Assembly: GCA_050613775.1 (NCBI GenBank)
Contig: JBODTK010000125.1
Coordinates: 310,001-374,000, forward strand
Direction: 5' to 3'
Origin: Neocallimastix sp. 'constans'
Lineage: Eukaryota
Length of the DNA stretch: 64,000 nt
Positions 34,205-44,695 of this stretch are shown here, piece after piece. Below the pieces are notes generated by a model. It did not search any database and was not told where the DNA came from. It saw nothing but the letters and a program-made list of their open reading frames with translations. The position numbers were made by a program, and so were the translations under genes. Numbering within the stretch: position 1 is the stretch's first letter; each line of letters begins with the position of its first letter.

Positions 34205-35100
34205 GTTGAAGAAGTTGAAGATATATATTTGTTATAATCAACATTCACATATACAAATATTTTAATATATATATTTTTTATAATCATTGATGTAATATTT
34301 TAATATATATATATTTGATAATTATTGATGTAATATTTTAATATATACATATGTTTGTTTATTTATTTAATTTTATATTATATCAAAATTATTTTTTATC
34401 ATCATCCATTTATTTTAAAAGCTTTTAAATATTTGTATAAATTTGAATAAAAAAAATGATATAAAGATAAAATATAATTAATATTAATTTAATTTTCATG
34501 AAAATGAATAGAATAATTAGAACTTTACAATGTATATTTAAATTATTTTACAATATATTAAAATAAGATGTTTGGATATTATCTTTTAATTTAATCATAT
34601 TTCCAAATCGAGGAATAACCTTTTTTAAATTTTCAACTACATAATATCCTAACATTCCAGAAGGTGGAGGCTTTTAATACTTTATGTATTATAATTATAT
34701 AAGTATAGAGTTGTAATGATTAAAATTCAATTTAATATTAACATATTCATTATCAGTAATTTTCATTATTTATAAATTGTTATTTTTAATATTGTTGTTG
34801 TAATAATATTTCATGTTTTAATTTTTTGGACATCAAAATTCATAATAAATTTATAACGTTTTTTTTTTATGAATTATTTTAACTATTAATCAATTGTAAT
34901 TTGACAAATTTTATTGATCATTTTCATTTGGTCATTTTTTCGTTAAATATTGTTTATTTTAATTAATAATTTTAATATTTAAATTTCTTAAACACTTCAA
35001 CCACAATTCAACGAATTCATTTCTTTTTCTTTTTTCTTTTTTTAATGGAATTTCCATATTTTTGTAATATTTAATTAAGGCATTTAATTCATCAGATTCC
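32190..35100 (-). pseudogene. Decayed multi-exon gene of unknown product
   Basis: Minus-strand exon-like fragments, several ending at GT donors: KPPPSGMLGYYVVENLKKVIPRFGNMIK, IQAFALDTPSP, YMAIIDLISGD, MTRDSIYALSALRNR, the 33212-32979 ORF, LLQKNPNVFEISGLNSLEG. Internal stops and frameshifts. Confidence 0.45.
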
Positions 35101-35899
35101 ATTTTTTTTATTTATCAAATTATATATTTAATTATTTAATTATTTATAATTTATTAATGATTATATCGAATATCTGAAAAATGTATGGCTTTATTTTAAA
35201 ATATTTTAAGCCACATTGTGGAATGCACAACATTCTTATTATTATTTATAAAGGAATTATATATATATATATTTTGTATTTAAATTAATTGGTTGATATA
35301 TTATTTTTTTAATTATGAATTAAAGTTTTACTTATTTAGTTTAGTATTTTAAACTTTCATTAAGAAAATAAAAATATGGAAATTTTCATTTGTCAATTTT
35401 TTTTTTTCTAAATTAAAAGTTTATCTTTGAATTTTAAAATTTTTCAATAATGAAAAGTTGTCATGAAAGTAAAATATAAATTTAAAAATGATTAAATATA
35501 AAATAGAATACTCATGAAAAGAGCTTTAAATTGTTATTATTAATTTTTAAATATTTAATAATAACCATAAACAAGAATATGAAGCAAAATAAAAATAAAT
35601 TTATATAATAAATAATTATTTATTATTTTAAAAAACATATTTATTTAGTTTTATTGAAAATATTCCTGTATTATACAAAAAACATATATGATATAGTTTT
35701 CATAATTATTAATTTTCAAATAATAATTAAGAAAACTAAATAAATATGTTTTTTTAAAATAATAAATATTTAAAAACTTTATAAAAATTTTATATAAATA
35801 TTACTGAAAACAATGTAATAACAAATAAATAAAAATATGATATAGACATTATAATAAGGAAAAAAATATTTTCAACTTTTTTTTTTTTTTTTTATATTA

Positions 35900-35908
35900 A
35901 ATAATAAA

Positions 35909-35944
<36 letters not shown>

Positions 35945-36217
35945 TAATAAATAATAATAAATAATAATAAATAATAATAATAATAATAAATAATAAATAA
36001 TAAATAATAATAAATAATGATAATAAATAATAATAATAATAATAAATAATAATAATAATAATAATAAATAATAATAAATAATAATAAATAATAATAATAA
36101 TAATAATAAATAATAATAAATAATAATAAATAATAATAAATCAATAATAATAATAATAATAAATAATAAATAATAATAATAATAATAATAAATAATAAAT
36201 AATAATAAATAATAATA

Positions 36218-36256
<39 letters not shown>

Positions 36257-36313
36257 TAATTAATAATAATAAATAATAATAATAATAATAATAATAAATA
36301 ATAAATAATAATA

Positions 36314-36342
<29 letters not shown>
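35900..36342. repeat. Compound (AAT)n/(AAAT) microsatellite
   Basis: Direct reading. Confidence 0.9.
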
Positions 36343-36344
<2 letters not shown>

Positions 36345-36970
36345 TATTACATTTATTAATTATATATATATTATATTAATATTAAAATAGTTTCTCTAGT
36401 TTTATCCTGATGGTCACTTCTCAGGACTAAAACATATAAGGTTTCTGGATAGAACCCTCGGCTACCCCTTGAATTTATGTAGGGCAATTTTCATCCTCTC
36501 AAGGTATTTTTTCCTACAAATGAAGTTGGTTTGTGCTCTACATGGTAAGCATTCCTGTTACTAGACTATATAATTGCCAATGTAGAGAGCTCTTGATCTG
36601 TGAGAAGATTAGTGTAGTTGTTTCTACCTCAATGATAGTTCAAGAGATCACTAAAAAGAAACCCATCGTATAAAGCGACATATAGGGAATATCTTTCATA
36701 TTATATTAGCCTTGTTTAGAGAGAGATCCATGTGGAAGCTGAAAGGGTATGGTATAGAACCCAATGAAAGTATGATATGTTTAAGGAAGAGACTGGATGC
36801 CCTATTGTCCCTTCCGTTAATCTTGATAATAGTAATAATAGTAGTAATAAAAATAAAGTAAATTTCTCTGGTTTTCCTTTTTCCATACATAAATATTGTA
36901 TATTATTATTAACTAATTTTTTATTATTTTATGTTTTTTATTTTATTTTTTTCATTTTTATTTTTAATTT

Positions 36971-37006
<36 letters not shown>

Positions 37007-37773
37007 TATATATAATATAAAATAAATACTACATATATTTATAAAAAGAAAATTTAATTTATATAAAAGTTGTATAAATTATTAATTTATATTCAAGATT
37101 AAAATTCATCAAAATAGTCAAAGTAATAAATAATTAATAACATATAATAACATATAACAACAAATTAAATAATAACATATAAACATAATAATAAATTAAA
37201 TAATTAATAATATATAAGCATAATAACAAAATAAATAATTAATAGCATATAAATATAATAACAAATTAAAAAATTATTTTGACTTTTAAACTGGAACTTT
37301 CATAAAATTCTAATAATATTTATATATGTAATAACCTTAATAATAATAAATAAAATAATAACTATCTTCTAATTTACTTTATTTTTATGTTTATTTTTAT
37401 GTTTATTTTTAACGTTTATTATTTTTACATTTTTTTTTAATATATAAAATGAATACTACAAACAAGGAATTTGTTTAAATTCTATTTCAATAATTCAATG
37501 TATATACTATATATTCTATGTTTTAACAATTTTATTTAATAAATAAATAAGTAAATAAAATAATATATGTATATTTATATAAAAGAAAAAAGAATAATAA
37601 AGAATTGGTTTTATAACTTATATTCTTAACATTATTATTATATAAATTGTTTATATATATAATATTTTCAATCCTAATTATAAATATTCAAAGAATTGTA
37701 TAATTATCTTATTATATTTATCTGTGAAATATAATTAATTTTCTACTACTATTTTATTATTTTTTTGATAATC

Positions 37774-38553
37774 TTATATTTTTAGTAATAAGGATAATAA
37801 AGATATAATTATTAAATTCATAATTGGAATTATATTTAAAGTATTTATTCCATTGGATAGATTTTGATTTTGATTTTGAATTACTGGATTTACTGGATCT
37901 TGTGAAACACAAGCTTCTGAAGTTAAATATGTTATAGATCTTTTACCATTTTCGATAAATTCAGATTCATAGCTTAATTCATTATCTGTACTAACATCAT
38001 GTTCATATAAAGGTACTAAATGTTCTAACATATTTACTAAATTTTCTCTACATACGTGACTACTACATGAGACTGAAAGTGTTTCGTTAACATCCTTTTT
38101 CATATGAAATAAATTTATAGGATCATAGTCATTCTTATGAATATGTTGAGAGAAATTGCAATAATTTCCTTTAGCATCAATAGAGCATGAAGCTAAATAA
38201 AATATTTTATTCATAGTAATTTCATCATGAACATCAAAATCTTGAGGTCCAGTTCCTTTACTACAAGAAGTTTCCTTATTAACTATATCTTCTAAAAATT
38301 TTTTACATTTATCATTTTTATAAGCATTACATAATTCAGGAAAACCAAGATTAAAAAATTCATTATCTAAGGAATTGAAACATCCTTGATATTTTTCATA
38401 TTCACTTTTACATTTTTGACTACAAATATAAGGATATAATTCACCATTATAATAAGTTTCTAAATGTACTGCATTATTATTTGAAACAGCATCAGCTTTT
38501 ACTAATAAAGCAGTTGTAAATATGTTTAATAAATTTAATAATATTAATTTCAT
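37774..38553 (-). CDS. Intronless secreted Cys-rich protein, likely GPI-anchored; function unknown
   Basis: N-terminal signal peptide, about 10 Cys, and a C-terminal SNG followed by a hydrophobic tail (IIPIMNLIIISLLSLLLKI). Confidence 0.75.
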   Translation of the reverse strand: MKLILLNLLNIFTTALLVKADAVSNNNAVHLETYYNGELYPYICSQKCKSEYEKYQGCFNSLDNEFFNLGFPELCNAYKNDKCKKFLEDIVNKETSCSKGTGPQDFDVHDEITMNKIFYLASCSIDAKGNYCNFSQHIHKNDYDPINLFHMKKDVNETLSVSCSSHVCRENLVNMLEHLVPLYEHDVSTDNELSYESEFIENGKRSITYLTSEACVSQDPVNPVIQNQNQNLSNGINTLNIIPIMNLIIISLLSLLLKI

Positions 38554-38612
38554 TTTAAATATAAATAAAAATAATTTATATCTTATATCTTATATTGTTT
38601 TAATTATTATTG

Positions 38613-38643
<31 letters not shown>

Positions 38644-40314
38644 GAAATTAATATTTATAAATTAATAATAAAAAAAATAATAATTGAACTACTATATTAT
38701 TTTAATTATGATTTAAAATATTTACAAATAATAAAAAAATAAAAAAAAAATAAAATTTAAAAAAAAATTATTAAATATATTTATATAATAAAAAATAATT
38801 TAATAATAATATTTAATTTATTTATATTTTTTTTTTTTGTTTAAAAAAAATATTAATAAAAAAAAATAAATATTTGATTTATAATTTTTCAACACTAACC
38901 GAGATATTTACTAAATTATTTATTTATTTTTTAGCCTCATTTGTACCATTTATTCTCTTAATTGCTTATTTTATTTATATACTAATTGTTTATTTAATAT
39001 AAATTATATAAATTTAATATAAATAAAGTTTTAAACATTAATATTTAGTATGTTCTCTTTGGTAACTTTAAAAATATTGAATAGATTTAAAGAAGGGTTC
39101 TAAAAAAATAAAAATTAATTATTAATTAAAAGAATCAAATATTATTTGATTAGTATAATTTTTTTAAAAAAAACAACTGATATGAAATAGGAATTTATCT
39201 TGTTTCCCATTTCATAACTATTATGATTTTTATACTTGTCCATAACAAGTCTTTATATATTTAAATAATAACACTTAAATAAAAATATTTAATTCATTTT
39301 TAAATAAAATATTGTTTTATTAATATTCTAATATTTATAGGTAATTAGTAAACCTTTAATACAATTCTTTTATAACATAATTCTAATAATCAAAATATAT
39401 AATTAATCAATAATAATTCTAATTTTATTAAAATATTATATACTAATTTTACTGGATAATTAGGAACGTTTATTAAAATATTATTTCTAATAACTATTTA
39501 TACTAATTCTTCATTTTAAAGTTATGTTTATAAACAATTATTTATAAAATTATTTAACTATTTAATATTTATAATATATTTATTTCTTATTTTTCTTATT
39601 AACTTTATTTATATTAATTATTAATTAAATATTTCGTTTCTTATCACAACCTAATTATTATATATATTCACATCCTATTGTTTAATATATATTTATGTAT
39701 TGTATATGTAATGAATATGGCGTGTTTCATAAATTGTGGCATTTGATACATAAATAAATAATAAATTAATTATAATAACAATTGAATGTATTAACATTTT
39801 GGATAGTTGTTTTTCATGGGGAGAGCGCGTTTCGGAACCGCACGTGAATAGCTATAAGCCACATGTTTTTTGAGATGGCGTATTATATATTAATTTTTTT
39901 ATATAAATAAATAATTAAATAATAATTAAATAAATATTTTATTTTATAATAAAAAAATAAAATAAAAAAAAGAAAAGATAAATATTTTTTTAGTAATTTT
40001 CTTAAAATAAAATATTTTATTAGTAATTTTCTTGAAATAAAATAAAATATTTTCATATTTATTTATATTTATAACTGTAATTTTTTATTATATAAATAAA
40101 TAATAATTAAATAAATATTTTATTTTATAATGAAAAAATAAAATAAAAAAAAAAAAGATAAAAATTTTTTTAGTAATTTTCTTGAAATAAAAAAAATATT
40201 TTCATATTTATTTATATTTATAACTGTAATTTTTAAAAAAATTGAAAATACATATTAAATAAAAAATAAAAAATAAATATTTCATATTTATTAATATTTA
40301 TATTAAAAATTTTG

Positions 40315-41773
40315 ATGGAGGGAAATCTAAAAATTGATATAAGTGAAACAAATCGAGGAAAAGAGCAAATAATTATAGATCGAAAATTTAAATATAATTT
40401 TTCAAAATTAAAAAAAGATAATACAAAAATATATAGATGTACAGAATATAAAACATTAAATAAATGTAAGTCTTTTATTATTTTAAATGATAATAAAGAG
40501 GTTTTAAATTATGATTCTTCACATAATCATCCTGGTAATGAAATTAATGCATCCAAATCATTAATAAAACATAAAATTAAAGATGAAATAAAAAAAGTTT
40601 GATTCCTTCTGATATAAAATCAAAACGCATATTTGATAAAATTTCTCAAGAAATAGGATATATATGCCTATATGCCCTGAATATAAAACAATTAAATCCC
40701 AAATAACAAGATATAAAAACAAACAATTATTTCCTAATGTAAAAACATTTGATGAAGTTCCTAATGTATCTGAATATTATAAAACAATAAGAGGTGAATA
40801 CTTTATGATATTCAAAAATTCTAATATAATAATTTTTCAATCACCATTCCAAGCAAAATTATTTATGGAGAATAAACATATATTTGCTGATGGTACATTT
40901 TTAATAGCTCCAACTAATAGTTATCAAGTATTCATTACCAGAACTTATGTTACAGAATTAAATTGTTTTTACACTACTTCCATGTCAATATTAAAAAACA
41001 AAGAACAAACAACTTACGAAATATTATTTAATGAAATAAAAAAAAATATAATTAAATATAATGCAAATATTAATTTCTCAGAAAAAATTTTTCATTGTGA
41101 TTTTGAAAAAGGAATATCTAATGCAGTGGAAAATATTTTTCCCAATATAAATATTAAATATTGTTTTTGGCATTATAAAAGATTATTAATGACAAAAAAA
41201 AATAAATTATGTTACAAGGAAGTGAAAGATCATAATATTTTAAATACTTATTATAAAGCGATTTCTAATTTATGTTTTATTAATATTGAATACATACCTG
41301 ATATTTTTAATAAAATTAAAAATACATGCATGAGATATAAATCTACCTGTTCCCAATTTTTGAATTTTTTAGATTATTTTGAGAAAACATTTCTAAATAT
41401 CTATAATATAAAATATTGGAATTATTACAATAATATAGACCACATAACAAATAATGCTTCAGAATCTTATAACAGTTATTTAAAAAATTTATTTGTAAAA
41501 AAGCCTTCATTTTATAAATTAATATATACAATACAATTTGAAGAATCCAAATCTTACTATGATTACCATATGAGAATTAAAGAAATTTGGAGAAAAAAGA
41601 GCAGAATATCAGAAAGGGTCGATGACATTAATATTTTAGTTGAATATTATAAAAATATGGAAGCCGAATTAAAAAATATTGGATGTAGTAAAAATGATAT
41701 CGTCGAAAATTGGTTTAATTGTTTAATTAGATTGAATAATGAAATCATTAATTTTAATAAACAAATAACATAG
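40315..41773 (+). pseudogene. MULE transposase (FLYWCH-like N-terminus plus MULE DDE domain), frameshifted
   Basis: YRCTEYKTLNKCKS..HNH, FADGTF, HCDFEKGISNA, CFWHY, TNNASESYN. One base is missing in the A-run at 40590-40596 and TATATGCC is duplicated at 40661-40676. Correcting both joins the two ORFs. Confidence 0.85.
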
Positions 41774-42210
41774 ACTTGCACATATGGGTACCCATCTCCC
41801 ATATGGCCATACAGTTATTAATTAACTGTAAGGTGATGAGTTATTGGCATACTGTATCAGCTTCGCCGCTCTCAATCGTCGTTACACACTGCCCGGAGAT
41901 GCATTCCTAACGTTCCTACATATATCTCTAATGACCACGAGCATCAGAACGGAACCATTAACTCCTCCCTAGTGGGTGTAATCATTGGCGATTGGAAATT
42001 TTACAATCATCAAGGTCTATGCTTCAATTCAAAGCGTAGTATCAGGGTTGGGTGAAATAATCATCTGAGGGAAAGCCTTATGGACATCACGTGTGGTCTC
42101 ATGATATCCCAGGATAGAAACCTCATCCGATTATTTGGTGCCATGCCGAGGATTCGAACCCCGCCCTCTACAGTGACCTGTATCGTTCTAACCGACTGGA
42201 CCAACATGGC
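41762..42210 (-). mobile_element. tRNA-derived SINE, about 450 bp
   Basis: tRNA-like head at 42210-42136, GC-elevated body, 3' hairpins. 15-bp TSD ATTAATTTTAATAAA at 41747-41761 and 42211-42225. Confidence 0.85.
42136..42210 (-). tRNA. tRNA-like SINE head, probably not a decoding tRNA
   Basis: GCCATGTTGGTCCAGTCGGTTAGAACGATACAGGTCACTGTAGAGGGCGGGGTTCGAATCCTCGGCATGGCACCA. 7-bp acceptor stem, A box TGGTCCAGTCGG, B box GGTTCGAATCC, encoded CCA. Anticodon loop is shortened around GTC. Confidence 0.7.
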
Positions 42211-42228
42211 ATTAATTTTAATAAAACA

Positions 42229-42715
42229 TGATAAGAATGTACTAAATAATGCATTCTTAATTAAATCTACGATTTATTTCTAATACATTATGTGTACATT
42301 ATTATTTTTGTACTTTAATAAATTTTTAAATTCAAAGATTAAAAATTAAATCAAAAATTATATTAAACTTTATAATTTTATATTAAATCTTATATTAATA
42401 GTAATATTTTTATATATTTAAAACTTATATTAGCAATATTAATAATAAATCTTACTTTTTTTATTTTTATATTAATAATGAAAATTTGTATTAATAATAT
42501 TTTTATATATTGATAATTAAAAATTTATATATTATATTTTAACTTTTATTATAAAATTTTATATCGAAATGTTTTATTTTATATTGACAAATATTTTATT
42601 TTATTAAAAACCTTTATATTAGAATAGTATTTTTATTTTTATTTGAATATTTTAACAGATTGTAATAAAAATTTTAGCCAATTAAATAAATTCTTATTAG
42701 TAATATTTTAGATAG

Positions 42716-42756
<41 letters not shown>

Positions 42757-43000
42757 TTTTATTAATATTATAAATGTATTTTATTTATATTGTTATAATT
42801 AAATTTTATATAATTGATTATAAAAATCAATTTAAATTAAATAGTTTTTATAAAAAAAAAAAAAATAAAATGTTTTATTAATATCATAAAATAAAATCAA
42901 TTAAAATTAATAAAATAAATTTATAAATAAAAATAATAAATAAATAAATAAAATTTGTGTTACTTACTTTATTTTTATTTAATTCTCTAAAACCTTAACA
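42229..43000 (+). repeat. 5' LTR of element A
   Basis: TGATAAGAAT...CCTTAACA, duplicated at 56379-57150. Confidence 0.95.
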
Positions 43001-43006
43001 TTTATA

Positions 43007-43024
43007 TGGTGGAGATATCGGGGA
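43007..43024 (+). promoter_or_regulatory. Primer binding site of element A, tRNA-Ala type
   Basis: TGGTGGAGATATCGGGGA is complementary to a tRNA 3' end ...UCUCCACCA, typical of tRNA-Ala. Confidence 0.7.
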
Positions 43025-43318
43025 ATTAAATAGAAATAATAGTAAATAACATAGATGTTTTTTAATTTTTTTTTTTATTTTATATTGATAAACAAGTAAG
43101 TCGTTAATCCTTTGATTAACCTATGGCGCTTGTTTGATATATATATAAAAAAAAAATTTTTTTTAAATAAGTAAAATTAAGATTCTAAAAAAAAAAAAAG
43201 ATTGTAAATTATAACAAGGAGCGGATAGAGCTCATACACAGTGTATTTCCAGAAAACAACAAAATATCTATTATTCATAGTAGGTTATTGGATAATAGTT
43301 ATTTTGGGAATTAATTGG

Positions 43319-44089
43319 TGTAAAGACATGATCAATATCTTTAGTACATTAATTAATTTATTTTGTACATTAAATTATTTAATGTAATTCACGTTTACAA
43401 AATAATGCTAATGCATTAAATTATGTAAAATATATTAATTTATGAAATTAATTGATTTATGAAAATTAATAATAAATTTATATTTCATATAATATATAAA
43501 TTTAAAAATATAAAATTAATTTTTAAATAACCTAAAATTTAGTAATAAAATATATTAATAATTTTAGTTTAGTTTAATTTTAGTTTAGTTTAATTTTAGT
43601 TTAGTTTAATTTTAGTTTAGTTTAATTTTAGTTTAGTTTAATAATCATAAAAATTAAATAGTAATATATAATTAATAGTATTAATAATAAAAGAATAATA
43701 AATAAATAATAAATAAGAACTTATTCAATTTGAGTCAAAACAAATTGAATAAAAAGCTTATTGAATTAGTTTTAGTTTTTTATAACTTTATTTAATTTTA
43801 GATTAGTTTTTGTTTATTTTATATTGAATATATATTTAAATAAATAGAAATAGTATATTATAATATAATTAAGAAAAAATATAAATACATGTAAAATTAT
43901 TCTATTAAAGAAAATGTAGTTGTTATTAACTATTTTGCAGTTAATAACTAATAAAAAGAATTTTTATAATAAAGTGATTAATAAAAGAATTTTTTTTAAA
44001 AAATAAATTTCATTTGAGTATTGTTATTGATAGTGTTGTTTTTGTTTTTTTTTCGTAATTGTAATCTGCTCCATAAGGAACATTTTACA
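43319..44089 (+). repeat. 5' LTR of element B
   Basis: TGTAAAGA...TTTTACA, with internal (TTTAGTTTAGTTTAAT)n. Confidence 0.95.
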
Positions 44090-44100
44090 ATAACAACTAC
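44090..44100 (+). promoter_or_regulatory. Self-priming PBS of element B
   Basis: ATAACAACTAC directly after the LTR is the exact reverse complement of GTAGTTGTTAT at 43916-43926 inside the LTR. No TGG tRNA-type PBS. Confidence 0.8.
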
Positions 44101-44137
44101 CTTGTTATAAAAAGTGGAGCACGTTACGATCACGAGA

Positions 44138-44377
44138 TTAGAGAACTACCAGTTAAAGAACTACCAGTTAAAGAACTACCAGTTAAAGAACTACCAGTTA
44201 GAGAACTACCAGTTAAAGAACTACCAATTAGAGAACTACCAGTTAGAAAACTACCAGTTAGAAAACTACCAGTTAGAGAATTACCAATTAGAGAACTACC
44301 AGTTAGAAAACTACCAGTTAGAGAATTACCAATTAGAGAACTACCTATTAGAAAACTACCATTTGAAGAATTACTAA
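44138..44377 (+). repeat. 15-bp tandem repeat (TTAGAGAACTACCAG), about 16 copies, in the leader of B
   Basis: Direct reading. Confidence 0.9.
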
Positions 44378-44695
44378 GAGAAGAAACAAGAAGTAATAAT
44401 AGAAGAAGTACTATTTGAAGAAGTACTAATTATAATTGCACCCATTAAGTCGCCGCCGTGATTACTAATTATATTGGAATATTTGAGATTATTTTTATTT
44501 AAACTTATTATTATTATAATAATTTTGTTTACTCGACGGGCACCATTTCAAGCGGTTAGAGCCAAGTCGACTTTACATAATATTATAATAGTAAATTTAA
44601 ATAAAAATAATAATCGTATATAAGAATTCTTTTAATTTTATTTTTTCAAAGTGGAAGAACTTAATATTAGGCTAAGAAACCTCCACATTGAAGAT

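Noticed and set aside
35170..35232. Another MULE terminus (ATGGCTT...AAGCCACAT)
   Set aside because: It shares the subterminal motif, but no partner TIR or TSD was found.
35872..36144. Tyr/Leu/Ile-rich ORF (likewise 62399-62709, 29532-29992, 4468-4692)
   Set aside because: Microsatellite or low-complexity translations.
42136..42210. Functional tRNA-Asp gene
   Set aside because: The anticodon loop is too short, the D stem has a mismatch, no T-run terminator follows, and the unit is flanked by a 15-bp TSD. It is better explained as a SINE head.
42080..42283. 67-aa ORF
   Set aside because: It is antisense to the SINE tRNA head and runs across the LTR junction.
44114..44377. 87-aa ORF (LENYQ)n
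   Set aside because: Translation of a 15-bp tandem repeat from a GTG start; no independent coding evidence.
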